Made by a program: the position numbers and the translations under genes | IMG/VR virus record: IMGVR_UViG_3300029554_000001 | DNA length: 64,000 nt | Strand: one strand, 5' to 3' | Origin: a virus | Notes under the pieces: generated by a model | Told to the model about the DNA's origin: nothing | The model's database searches: none | What the model saw: the letters and a program-made list of their open reading frames with translations, nothing else | Shown: positions 45,599-56,738 of the stretch, piece by piece | How positions within the stretch are numbered: the stretch's first letter is position 1 | Layout of the letters: every line of letters starts with the position of its first letter

Positions 45599-45802
45599 AT
45601 GGCGGGACCCACTCGCAGAAAATCTCTTAAAGCTATAATCAAAGAAGTGACAGTTGGATTAGCCAATACTTTCCGTAATAATATTAATGAAAATAACAAG
45701 AATATTGCAGAAACAGTGGATAATTTACCTGATATTGCTATCAGCAAAGAATAGCCAGTTGATTAGAAAGCAGGAGATTTCTGGTTTCAAATTGTAGATT
45801 AA
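45599..45802 (+). CDS. small hypothetical protein ending GDFWFQIVD; two TAG codons
   Basis: ATG after AAGGATGGTGA; TAG at 45752 and 45764; its C-terminus matches that of 57045..57428. Confidence 0.5.
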
Positions 45803-45843
45803 TTAAATATTTTTGAATTTAAAAGGTTTAGAAGGTGTGTTAA

Positions 45844-47487
45844 ATGGCTAAATTAACAAACAATAGGGCCAAAGCTACCATTGCTAAAGAATAGAAAAGA
45901 TTAGATGCCATTCAAAAGAAAATGGAGACACAAAGGAAAAAAGAAGAATTTGGAGAATCTTGGAAATATTCTTTAAAAGATGAGCATAAACAGGCTCTAA
46001 AAGAAATTGTTGGGGACTTTGGTACACCAAATCTTGTAGATTCTGTTGATTATAATAGTTTTTTTGACCCTATTAATTTTTATAAAGAAGAAGATGGAAG
46101 TGTAAGACAGCTTGATTATAAGAAATACTTGGAATATGAAGAAGCTTATCAAGAAGTTATTGATGATTGTGATAAAATTATAAATGATGAAATAGATACT
46201 TCTAATGATTCAGCTAAAGAGCAACTAAGTACCCATCTTACTAAAAAAACAGAAAAGAAAAAGAGTAAACCTAAGATACCCGAATATTTACAAAAGCTTT
46301 ATTAGAATTGGACAAAATATTTTAATAGGTTTGTTCCATTGTATGATAAATATGTATGTTCATGTTGTGGAAAAGCATTACCACAAGATAAATATTTCCT
46401 TGCATACAATGAGGGGAATTTGGGTAGAATAGAAGCTAATGGAAAAATGCACACGCATATTTGTATAGATTGTTGTAAAAATTTATACGAATATTTGTTT
46501 TATGAAAAAGCAGACAAAGATGGCGAAAAAGCAATGAAATGGCTTTGTAGTTATCTTAATATATATTATGATGATGTTAGTTATCTTAAAGCTAAAAAAA
46601 CAATGGAGGAGAAAGATAGAAAAACTCATATAGTTGAAGAATATATGAGTGTTATTTCTCGCAGTGCTACTTTAAAAGGAAAAGTTTTTTTGGAATCGCC
46701 CGATGTTGATGTGAATAAAAATAAAGGGGATTCAAAGGCTGATAAAATAATTAACAGCAATACAGGCAATGTGCCTGAAGATTTAGAAGAAGAATGGAGT
46801 AAAGCTGACCTCGAAGCAAAAAGACAAGTTATCAAGATGGTTGGTTATGACCCGTTTTATTTTGAAATTGAAAAAGATAGAAAAATTCTTTATAAAGATT
46901 TACTTGGTATGATGGAACAGGGTATGGAGCTTGATGGACTTAAAGTCCAAGCTGCTATTTAGATTGTCCTTTCTTTTAAAAATATTCGTGAATTAAATGA
47001 AAAATATAGAAAGAAAAGTGATGAAGATGCTCCTGTTTCAGAATTAAAAGCGTTATCTGAATTAAAGAAGAAAGAACTCGAAACAATTACAAGCTTTAGT
47101 AGAGATAACGGCTTTGGCGAACGTTACGCTATTAGTAAAGCCAAAGGTGAAAACACATTCTCTGGTATTATGGCTAAGATGAATGAAATGAAATATGAAA
47201 ATGCTATTCTTAATATGTATGATGTTGAGACTAGCAAGAGTATTAATCAAGCTGCTGATGCAAGTTTTGCAGCCATTTTCAATCAACTTAGCATGAGTGA
47301 AGCGGAAGTGTACAAAACTTGTCAAGATTAGCTTAAAAAATTGCTTTCGTTGCAGAGAGAAAACGCCACCCTTACTGAAAATTTAAGATTGGCTAAACGT
47401 GAATTAGCTGAGAAAAAATTGGAAGAAGAAAAACGTCAGTACGATAAAGAAAATGGTGATGATGGCGATAATTGGGGTGGTTATTAA
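45844..47487 (+). CDS. 547-aa protein directly upstream of terL (terminase small subunit by position only); four TAG codons
   Basis: One frame links ATG 45844, ORF 45922..46305 and ORF 46339..46962 on to TAA 47485 through TAG at 45892, 46303, 46960, 47329; CSCCG...CIDCC zinc-ribbon-like; coiled-coil C-terminus. Confidence 0.55.
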
Positions 47488-48020
47488 TGATTAATGTTAT
47501 TTTTAATGATTTTAGTTATGAATTACTCCCTAAAAGAAAAGAAATTTTTGAAAAATATACCAAGATAATTTAGTGGGGAAGAGCAAACCCAACAAGATTT
47601 ATCGAAGATTTTTTTAAAATATAGCTAACTGATATGCAAAAGTATGTTTTGCTAAGTAGTTGGTGTCCTGCAAACTGCGTATGGCTTATGGGTCGTAACA
47701 GTGGTAAGTCATTTTTGGCTGCACCTTTTATGATGGCAAGAGCACTTTTATTACCAAATACTAATACATACATTATGGCTCCGAGTGGAGGTCAGTCTCA
47801 AGAAACATTTTAGAAGATGGAAGATATGGCGAAAGGTAATATTGCTTCTTTGCTTGGAACATCTTCTGTGTTCTTAGATGAGTGTATTAGAGCAAATACT
47901 TAGGCAGACCCGTTTACTCACCCTAAGAGTGGATATACAGTTAGCTTGTATAATGGTAGTACAATTAATACGTTAAATAGTGTAATAAAGAACATCGTAG
48001 GTATAAGAAGCAATTTCAGT
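47487..48020 (+). CDS. terL: terminase large subunit, exon 1 (ATPase N-terminal part)
   Basis: ATG overlaps the upstream TAA (TAATG); Walker A GRNSGKS; four in-frame TAG; the sequence stops making sense after GIRSNFS. Confidence 0.8.
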
Positions 48021-49061
48021 GAAATCCTTATGAAAACGCTGACGTTCATAGTGATATGTTCGAAAAAATACTCCTTTAACTGCTGGGAACTTCTAAGGCT
48101 TAATTAACTAAAGCGGAATATGAAAATATAAACGTAAAAGTTGCGAAAGCAGAAAAAATAATTAAGATGACTTATGGTTAAATCCTAAAAGTTGTAATAA
48201 TGAACAATCAGCAACCAAGCTCCTGTAAAATGGAGAAGGCTCAACGACTATCTCGAAAGAGAGTAGGGGAAACCCGAAATGGGGAGATTCTTTTAATAAG
48301 AATAAGATATAGTCTAATTAATTGAAAAGAAGTGATGTAAAATAGACGAAAAAGAATATACCGTATATTAGCATATAAACAAATTAAATCGGAAGCGATA
48401 CATTGGTATGACTAACTAGCCCGTAAATAAAAGATGGGGTAAAAATGGATAGCGGTATTTAAGATAGAACAAAAATGGGGAATACAATTAGCCAGCAATA
48501 GCAAGAGCTATTTTAAAATATGGCTGGGATAATTTTAGTCATGAAATTATAAGTTCTGGCTTAAGTGTGGAAGAAGCCTGTCAATTAGAATATGATTTGA
48601 TAGAAAAATATCACACAAGAGATTCTAACTATGGGTATAATTGTACTTATGGAGGTATATATCACACTAAAACAGAAGAGGAAAAAGAAAAAATAAGTAA
48701 AAGTAACAAAAAGTTCTATGAGAGTCATTAGCATCACATGAAAGGGACACATTTATCAGAAGAAACTAAAAAACGTCTAAGTGAAATATTTAAAGATAGA
48801 GTTTTTTCTGAAGAAACGAAACAAAAAATGTCCCAAAACCATTGCAATGTAAATGGAGCAAAGAATCCAAGAGCTAAAAAGGTTCGTTGTATTGAAACAG
48901 GAGAAATATTTGAAACAGCTAAAGAAGCTGGAGAGAAATATCATAATTGTCCCTCAAATCCTCGGTGTGGAATTAGAGATTGTTGTAGGGGAAGAAGAAA
49001 AACTTCTGGAGTAGATGAAAATGGAAATGGTTTACATTGGGAATGGGTCGATTAAAAACAG
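48021..49061 (+). mobile_element. group I intron 1 in terL (boundaries +/- a few nt) with a GIY-YIG ORF
   Basis: Splicing 48020 (U) to 49062 (after a G) gives GIRSNFS-VYDEAGKID; core blocks AACTGCTGGGAAC, TGGTTAAATCCTAAA, CTCAACGACTATCTCG, GAGTAGGGG and GATATAGTCTAA recur in intron 2. Confidence 0.65.
48336..49055 (+). CDS. GIY-YIG homing endonuclease 1 (six in-frame TAG; no canonical start found)
   Basis: KEYTVY-Q-HINKLNRKRYIGMT (GIY...YIG), repeated SEETK NUMOD3-like motifs; frame open from 48336 to TAA 49053; no in-frame ATG/GTG/TTG precedes the GIY motif (frame opens TGT AAA ATA GAC), so the start is unresolved. Confidence 0.65.
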
Positions 49062-49415
49062 GTTTACGATGAGGCCGGAAAAATTGATAGGACATTCTTT
49101 GCCCTGTCTCGTCCTTTTACTGCACAGGATACAAACTTTATTACTGGTGATGGTATTAATACGGATATATATCCAAGACAGCTACCGAATAAAAAGTTAT
49201 TATTAAGTTCTGCTGAGGGTATTGACAGCGAACTTTTTGACCAATATAAAATGGCATTTGAAAAAATGTTATTAGGAGACCCAAATTATTTTGTATGTGA
49301 TATTAGTTGTGAGTTTTCATTACATCCTTTTATGAATGGTAAGCCTATGAAGCCACTGATTACATAGGATGAAGTTGATAACGCATTTGCTACTAATCCA
49401 TACAAAGCAGAACGT
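49062..49415 (+). CDS. terL: terminase large subunit, exon 2
   Basis: VYDEAGKIDRTFFALSRPFTAQD (Walker B/coupling region); one TAG at about 49365; the exon may end at 49415 or 49418. Confidence 0.75.
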
Positions 49416-50579
49416 GAGCAAATCGAAAAGAAATACTCCGCACATTTAGTGATAAGTGTGTGCATCCCATTGAACTGCTGGGAGTTCTTAAAGGTTTTTG
49501 TACTACAGCATAATTATGAAATAAGAATAAGTGCGAATGTTACGAAAGTAAAAAGAAACAAAAACATGGTGCATGGTTAAATCCTAAACACTATATAATA
49601 GATAATCAGCAGCCAAGTCTTTAACAGAGAAAGGTTCAACGACTATCCCGTGACTGGGAGTAGGGGTTGTTAAAGAATAACAACTTCGAAGTGGTGGGAC
49701 ATCTTAATGAGATGATGATATAGTCTAAGCTTATATGAAAATATAAGAAGTAGGTTGTTTTTAAGGGCGACAAGGGAAGGCCATCCTTTATACATATCCG
49801 CAAAATATGTATATAGCCCTTTATATATTAAAAATACTTTTTGCGGGAGGTTTTTAATGAAAGATGATAGAAAATGGACAGTATATATTCATACTAATAA
49901 AGCAAATCAAAAGAAATATGTTGGAATAACTAGTACTTCTGTGATAGAAAGATGGCATCATGGACATGGCTATTTAACCAAAAAGAAAGATGGAAGTTTT
50001 TGTTAGCCAGCTATGGCTTATGCAGTATTAAAATATGGATGGGAAGGTTTTTCTCATGAAGTAATAGCTGAAAATTTGACTATGGAAGAGGCTTCTTAGA
50101 TGGAAAAAGAACTGATAGAAAAATATTAGTCTAATAACAAACATTTTGGATATAATATTAAAGAGGGTGGAATAGATGGATTGCCTTCTGAAGAATCAAT
50201 TCAAAAAGCTTTATAGACAAAACTTAAGAATGGATATCACCATAGTGAAGAAACTAAAAGGAAGATATCTGAAAGTAATATGGGTAAAACTCATACTGAT
50301 TCATCTAAAGAATTGTTAAGTAAAAGCCATAGTAAAACAAAACAGAGACCGAAGGAAGTAATTCCACGGAATGATACATATAATTAGGTTTATTGCCAAT
50401 GTGTAGAAACAGGAGAGTGTTTTCCCTCAATTTCTAACGCCGCTGTTAATACTGGCTCTTACAACCCAAATATAGTTAAATGTTTAAAAGGAACAAGAAA
50501 AAGAGCTGGCGGATATCATTGGAAAGAAATAACAAAAGAAGAATATGAAGAATACTGTGCCAACAACTGAAAATACTTG
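49416..50579 (+). mobile_element. group I intron 2 in terL (5' boundary +/- 3 nt) with a GIY-YIG ORF
   Basis: Same core blocks as intron 1; ends in G at 50579; splicing gives NPYKAER(E)-YKNRFDRDGG. Confidence 0.6.
49857..50570 (+). CDS. GIY-YIG homing endonuclease 2 (five in-frame TAG)
   Basis: ATG after GGGAGG; KWTVYIHTNKANQKKYVGIT, YGWEGFSHEVI, SEETK repeats; stop TGA 50568, 9 nt before the 3' splice site. Confidence 0.75.
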
Positions 50580-51614
50580 TACAAGAATCGTTTTGACAGA
50601 GACGGCGGTGAAGATGTTTTTGTAAAACGTTCAACGATTTTACGAAATAGCTTTGCATACTATCCAGTATATGAAAATGACGGCGAGAAAAAATATATCG
50701 TCTGTTACGACCCTGCATCGAAATTAGATAATTCTATTGTTTTAATAGGAGAATTGTTCAGAGATAAAGAAAAGGGTTTAATGTTAAAAATAGTCAATTG
50801 TGAGAACTTGATTGAGCTTTTACCTAACGGTGATAAGGCAATAATTCAAAAGCCTCAGCAAATTGAAATGATAAAAGACCTTATTATAAATTATAATAGA
50901 GGTGCTTTAGATTATGATAATATTGAGCTTGTCTGTATTGATGCTGGTGCTGGCGGTGGAGGATTTGATATTTCTCAGTTCCTTTTAAATGATTGGGTAG
51001 GTTCTGATGGTAAACGTCATTTAGGTCTTATAGACGAAGAAGACCCATATATGAAATTACGCGCAGATGATTATCCTGCAAATATAAGAAAATTGCAGTT
51101 ATTCAATTTTAAACGTGATAAAGTTCAAGCTTATGAAAGAACTCAAGCTGCAATTAACCAAGGATTAGTAATGTTTCCAAAGAGTTTAAATGCTCGTAAC
51201 GAGATGGAAATTGAAGAAGTTGCTTCTGATGGAACAACTTCAATAAGATATGAAAAGGTTTCGTTTGATGAAATGAACTCTTTGATATAGATTGATTTAA
51301 CTAAAGAAGAGTTAGTTGGTATGCAAAAGCAAAAAAGACCAAACGGTACGATTGTTTTTGAACTTTCACCTGACGCCAAGCAAAAAAATATGCATGATGA
51401 CCGAGTTGACTGTGTAGCAATGATGTGTAATCATTTGATGGAATTGCGCGCTAAAGAAGTGTTGGAGTTGGAAGAAAAACCTAAGACGGAATTTAAAGAA
51501 ATGTTTGCAAAACAAAAGAGTGCAAACAAAAGTAATAGTTCTAATCCTTTCAACGGATTAGGACAGGTAAATCCACTTTCCACTAAATATAGGAGAGGTG
51601 GAAGGTTTGGTTGA
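50580..51614 (+). CDS. terL: terminase large subunit, exon 3 (nuclease domain)
   Basis: IVCYDPASKLDNS, CIDAGAGGGGFD and MHDDRVD acidic motifs typical of the RNase-H-like terminase nuclease; TAG at 51288 joins ORFs 50577..51290 and 51321..51614. Confidence 0.8.
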
Positions 51615-51653
51615 TATTAATGATTAATATAAGAAGAAAGGAGGAGTAGGATT

Positions 51654-52037
51654 TTGTTAAAAATAAATAACGGGGTAATTTCATTAACTCGTGGAGATGA
51701 TTGCATAATAGATTTACAGATTTATACTCCTGATAATTAGGAATACAGTCCAAGAGAAGGAGAAAAAGCAAGGTTTACAGTTAGAAAGCATCCTTTGTAC
51801 AATAACGCTACTCCTCCTTTAATCGAAAAAGATTTTGAATTTGTTGAGCTTGAAAGCACTTCTAAGAATGAAAAAGATGAAGAAAAGACGAAAGTTTGGC
51901 GAATTAAAATTAAAGGAATTGATACGAAATTTCTAACATACGGAGGATATTTGTACGACGTATAGTTTTGTGATATAAAAGGAAATATAACCACTGTTTG
52001 CAAAGGCAAATTTATATTGACATATGAAATTGGTTAA
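51654..52037 (+). CDS. hypothetical protein; two TAG codons
   Basis: TTG 7 nt after AAGGAGGAG; TAG at 51738 and 51963; stop TAA 52035. Confidence 0.5.
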
Positions 52038-52078
52038 TACTCCTTATTAAAAGAAGTGAAAGGAGAGTTTTATTTACG

Positions 52079-52357
52079 ATGGTAAGAAGAGATTATAGTG
52101 GAATGACACTGATAACGCCTGATTCTCCTAATTATAACAGAGGAGTATTATATGGTGTATTAAATGCTGGAATTGAAGAAATTCCTGCAAAAGATATGAA
52201 GCTTGAAGATTTAAAAGATGTAAAGATATCTGAAAGTGAAGTAGAAGATAAAGATATTCTCATGTATAATAAAGAGAATGAAGCATGGGAAAATAAGAAT
52301 ATGGATAAGTATTTGGAAGATAACTTGGTAGATGGTGGTGGAGTCCCACGGCTCTAA
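52079..52357 (+). CDS. small structural-module protein ending LVDGGGVPRL
   Basis: ORF track; AAAGGAG SD; C-terminal motif shared with 53912..54280. Confidence 0.6.
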   Translation: MVRRDYSGMTLITPDSPNYNRGVLYGVLNAGIEEIPAKDMKLEDLKDVKISESEVEDKDILMYNKENEAWENKNMDKYLEDNLVDGGGVPRL

Positions 52358-52455
52358 GAAGTCTTTTTCAAATAAATAGTTGCAGAATATGCAACAAGTT
52401 AAAATTTTTTGCAAAACATTTTAATTAAGTGAATAAGGAGGTGTAAAGGAGAAGA

Positions 52456-53895
52456 ATGGCTGATATTAATAAGCTGCAAACGCTCATCCAATTGCGTCGT
52501 GGTTTTCAGGCGCAGTGGGATACAGTAGCTAATACTTACATTCCTAAAGCTGGTGAACCTTGTGTAACTCTTGATGGTAAGAACAAGGGTTAGATTAAGA
52601 TTGGTGATGGCACTTCCACATGGGGAGAACTCAAGTATGTTGGTGTCAATGAAGGTGCTATGCATTTTATTGGTACTGTTGCTACGAAGGCTGAACTTCC
52701 TGAAAGTGCCGAAACTGGTGACATTTATCAAGTAACTGAAGATAGCAAACTGTATATTTGGGATGGCGATAGCTGGGAGATTTTTCATGCTGTTGACCTG
52801 AGTAATTATTACACCAAAGAAGAGACTACTAATCTTGTAACTGTTGAGATTGGTAAGGTTAATGAAAAAGTAACTGCTAATACCAATAAACTTAACGAAG
52901 TAGAAACTAAAGTTAACGAAACTAATTCCAAACTTGAAAGTCTTGGAACAGAGCTTGCCAAGGATTATGCTCTGAAAGCTGACCTTGATGTTATTAAGGT
53001 TTATGGCGATACTACATCTGATACTTCCATGGAAGTTAATGGACAAAAGTATAATACTGCCAGTGAAGCTATTGCGGCTGTAAGCGCTGGTGGCACGATT
53101 AAATTGAGTGGTGGTCTTGGTGCAGATGAAGTTATTAATGCTGACAAGCAGTTTACTCTTGATATGAACAATGCGGTTATTGTTGATAATGAGAAGACTC
53201 CTGTTAATGTTAGTGTTAATGGTGCTTTGACTCTCACTGGTAATGGCAGTGTTGAATGTAATAAGAATGGTAAACCCGCTATTAACAATAATGGTAACTT
53301 GATTATTGAGAATGGCAGTTATACTCGTAGCGTTGATGAGAAGGGTAATTCTTATTATACCATGGTCAACCATGGTAATATTGTGATTAATGATGGTATT
53401 TTCCAAGCTCCTCGGATTGTTTCGAGTATGATTTCCAATGGTTATTGGGATTACACACAGGATTACAAAGCTGGCGAAATGGCAGAATATCCTGAATTGA
53501 CTATCAATGGTGGCACATTTATTAACGCTTTCTATGTTATTAAGAATGATGACAATGGTAAGCTTTATATTAATGGTGGTAACTTCTACGGTACTATTTT
53601 CAACAATGGTTACGAAATGGTTGTTAAAGGTGGTAATTTCAAAGTTACTGATGGGACTTACAATATTGGTATGCGCAAGTTAAATGATGTAATGAACTCT
53701 GGTAAGTTACTCATTGAAGGCGGTACATTCTACAGCAATGGCGAAGTTAACTTTAAGCACAACGGTGGTGGCGAAGAGCCTGAAGTTGTTATTAAAGGTG
53801 GTAAGTTTAGTGCTGTTGTACCTGAGAAATATATTGCAGCAGGCTATGAATAGAAGTACATAGATGGTTACTATGTTGTAAGTGCAAAAGCTTAA
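52456..53895 (+). CDS. tail fibre / receptor-binding protein with beta-helix-like repeats; two TAG codons
   Basis: ATG after AAGGAG; N-terminus IQLRRGFQAQWDTVANTYIPKAGEPCVTLDG...IKIGDGTSTWGELKY is the common fibre N-terminal module; GDIYQVTEDSKLYIWDGDSW; repeated G-N-F/G-G-x-F turns; TAG at 52591 and 53851. Confidence 0.7.
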
Positions 53896-53911
53896 GGAAG
53901 GAGGATGACTA

Positions 53912-54280
53912 ATGTTTAAATTAGCGTATGTAGACAAGGCAAAAATTGAAAATAGCATTGCACAGCAAGTCATCCCCGAAGAGAGCTTGATTGTGACTAA
54001 CAGTGAAGCAAACAATGCTGAACTGAGCTATTATGATGAAAAAGGTAATTTGAAGAGCATTGTAAAAAAGACTCAATTTGAGAGTTCTGCTGAAGCTCAA
54101 TATTGGATTGCTAAATATGGTAACTACGAAGGTGAGACCATATCTGTACTGGAGAATGGTAAATGGAACACATACACTGTCAATAAAGATGGTGAAATGA
54201 ACCAGATAGTTTATCAACAGGATATGGTGTCTCTGTTGGACGATTTAATTATTGATGGTGGCGGTGCTCCTGAAGCCTAA
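53912..54280 (+). CDS. small structural-module protein ending LIIDGGGAPEA
   Basis: ORF track; GGAAGGAGG SD. Confidence 0.6.
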   Translation: MFKLAYVDKAKIENSIAQQVIPEESLIVTNSEANNAELSYYDEKGNLKSIVKKTQFESSAEAQYWIAKYGNYEGETISVLENGKWNTYTVNKDGEMNQIVYQQDMVSLLDDLIIDGGGAPEA

Positions 54281-54304
54281 TAATTAAGGAAGGGAGGACT
54301 ACCA

Positions 54305-54823
54305 ATGGCAAAAGTGATTAATACTGTTATTAAGCTTCGTAAGGATAAAGAAGTAAATTATCAAAAAGTAGAGAATAGTTTTATTCCTGCTAATGGTGAA
54401 GTATGTCTTGTAGATACTGAAGAATATGGTTTGAGAGTTAAGGTTGGTAATGGTGTAGACAACTTTAAAACTTTGTCCTATCAAGATAATAACAACAATG
54501 TAGTTTTGAATGGTTATTTCCTGAATAACAAATTCTATACCGATAGTACCTATACAAAGGAATTAGAGAAAGGAATTAACCATTTATATATTGATAAAAA
54601 TTCTAATAGCAGTATCTTTGTTTGGACTGGTACTGAATTTAGAAATGTAGCTCCCGAAGCTACGGATACTATTGCGGGTATCATGAAATTGTACCAAGAA
54701 GCTGGAAATAATTCAGATGGTACAATTTCGCAAAAAATTATTACCGAGGGTGTCAATTCCATTGCTCTTAAGCTTAATGATTCTGATACAGAATGTTTGG
54801 AATTAGATTTACCTTGGGATTAA
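54305..54823 (+). CDS. tail-fibre-like protein
   Basis: N-terminus IKLRKDKEVNYQKVENSFIPANGEVCLVDT...LRVKVGNGVDNFKTLSY repeats the fibre N-terminal module; ATDTIAGIMKLY motif. Confidence 0.6.
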   Translation: MAKVINTVIKLRKDKEVNYQKVENSFIPANGEVCLVDTEEYGLRVKVGNGVDNFKTLSYQDNNNNVVLNGYFLNNKFYTDSTYTKELEKGINHLYIDKNSNSSIFVWTGTEFRNVAPEATDTIAGIMKLYQEAGNNSDGTISQKIITEGVNSIALKLNDSDTECLELDLPWD

Positions 54824-54902
54824 TAAATAAACAATTAAGCAATTTAATTTGTTTTTAAATCTTTGATTATGAAATCTTTGATTATGAAAAGGAGATTTTA
54901 TT

Positions 54903-56582
54903 ATGGCTGATATTTCTAAAATTAAGCTTGCAAATGGCACTACTGTAACTATTAAGGATGCTCAGGGTCGTGCTGATATGACTACTATTCTTGGTGGTCA
55001 CGCTCTTGAAGCTCTTGGTGCTGCCGCATGGCAAGCTATGGCTGCTAGTATTTCTGATGCTGGTATTGCTGACGCTGCTACTGTTAAGGCTTATGTTGAT
55101 TCTCAGGTTGGTCAGATTCATAACTTTGATGTTGTAATTGACCCTACTGGTACTACCGCTGGTCCTTCTGTAGTTGCTTCTGCCGATACTATGTACAAAA
55201 TTTATCTTGTTCCTTCTGAGGATGCAGCAGCGGGTGGCTATATTGAATATATTACTATTCGTTCTGGCGCAGAGGGTGCTTATACTTACACTTGGGAAGC
55301 TATTGGTAATACAAAGGTAAGCCTTACTGGTTATGTTCCTACTACGACCACTATTGCTACCATTGCTCTCGACCACAATATTACTGTTGCTGAACTTCAG
55401 ACTGCTCTTAAGCTTGGTGCAATGGCCTATGCTGATAAGGCTTCTGGTTCTGGCACTCTTCAGACTATTGACAGTATCACCATGAAGGAAGTTACTGTTG
55501 CTGGTAACGCCGCTGTTACTTCTAAGGCTGCTGATGCTACTCTTACTAAGGCTAACTATACCCCTGCTGGTAAGGTTACTGGCTCGGCAATTTCTGATGG
55601 TTCTATTAATGTTACTTTGAAGGATTCTGCTACTAAGACCGAGGCAACTCTTAGCACCTCTGAGTTCACTCCTGCTGGTACTATCGCCGCTAAGGAGGGT
55701 GGTTCTTTCTCCGCCCTGAAGACTGCTGCTTTTGGTGCTGCTGAGGACGGTGTTCAGATTGAGGGTACTGTCAGTGCTCCTGCAATTTCTCTTACTGCTG
55801 CTGATAAGACTTTTGCTACTGGTTTGACTGGTGGTAAGGCTGCTTCCTTTACTGAGGGTGCTTTTACTCCTGCTGCAATTCAGGACGGTTTCTATACTGC
55901 TGGTAAGGCTGCTGCTTGGACTGGTGCTGATTATACTGCTCCTACCATGGGTGAGGCTTCTAAGGCAAAATTCGCTTCCGAGGGTATTGTTGTCGATGTT
56001 GGTTCTGGTGATGACGCTGAAACTTTGATTTTCTCTGCCGCTGGTACTGCTGATGCTGTTACCGCTCAGGGCGCCTTTAACGCTGGTAATGTCGATTTTG
56101 GTACTTTCAATGGCGGTTCTGCTACTGTTATTGATACTACTAAGTTCTCTGGTGGTTCTAAGGCTGCTGACACCTTCACTCCTAATGAACTTCAGTCCGT
56201 TACTACTGGCAAGGTAAGCGAAGTTTCTGCTGCTGAGCTTGCCAATGCTCCTGTATTCACTGGTAGCAAGTATGCTGTTGCTACTACGGCCGATACCGCT
56301 CTCAAGGATGTTGCCTTCACTGCTACTAATAGTGCTACTATTGTTGACAAGGTTGAGTATGTTAAGCCTGAGATTGATGCTGCTACCTTCACTGGTACTG
56401 CTGCTACTCTTGGCTTTGTTGGTACTGAGGTTGTTGATGCTCTTGTCACTGGTGTTAAGTACGATAAGGCTGATGCTACTGCTGCCTTTAGCGTTGCTGT
56501 CACTCCCGAGACTGACGTTATCACTAAGACTGCTAAGACTGTTGAGATTGAGGTCTCTCCTGTCGCTAAGGCTGGCGAGTAA
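54903..56582 (+). CDS. Ala/Thr/Gly-rich abundant structural protein (fibre- or decoration-like)
   Basis: 559 aa, TAG-free, marked shift to GC-richer GCT/ACT/GGT codons; internal [FY]TPAG repeats; N-terminus MADISKIKLANGTTVTIKD shared with 56622 and 57045. Confidence 0.7.
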   Translation: MADISKIKLANGTTVTIKDAQGRADMTTILGGHALEALGAAAWQAMAASISDAGIADAATVKAYVDSQVGQIHNFDVVIDPTGTTAGPSVVASADTMYKIYLVPSEDAAAGGYIEYITIRSGAEGAYTYTWEAIGNTKVSLTGYVPTTTTIATIALDHNITVAELQTALKLGAMAYADKASGSGTLQTIDSITMKEVTVAGNAAVTSKAADATLTKANYTPAGKVTGSAISDGSINVTLKDSATKTEATLSTSEFTPAGTIAAKEGGSFSALKTAAFGAAEDGVQIEGTVSAPAISLTAADKTFATGLTGGKAASFTEGAFTPAAIQDGFYTAGKAAAWTGADYTAPTMGEASKAKFASEGIVVDVGSGDDAETLIFSAAGTADAVTAQGAFNAGNVDFGTFNGGSATVIDTTKFSGGSKAADTFTPNELQSVTTGKVSEVSAAELANAPVFTGSKYAVATTADTALKDVAFTATNSATIVDKVEYVKPEIDAATFTGTAATLGFVGTEVVDALVTGVKYDKADATAAFSVAVTPETDVITKTAKTVEIEVSPVAKAGE

Positions 56583-56621
56583 TTAGGAATTTCAATTACA
56601 AGTAGCTTAAGGAATTAAGCT

Positions 56622-56738
56622 ATGGACATTTCTAAGATAAAGCTTCCAGATGGTTCTACCTATGAGATAAAAGATGAGTATTTGCGTCATGCAATTATGG
56701 TGCTTTTAGGATTAGAAGAACCTAATTCTGAAAAATGA
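56622..56738 (+). CDS. 38-aa ORF MDISKIKLPDGSTYEIKDEYLRHAIMVLLGLEEPNSEK
   Basis: AAGGAA SD; it duplicates the N-terminal module of the neighbouring genes and may be a remnant. Confidence 0.4.
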   Translation: MDISKIKLPDGSTYEIKDEYLRHAIMVLLGLEEPNSEK

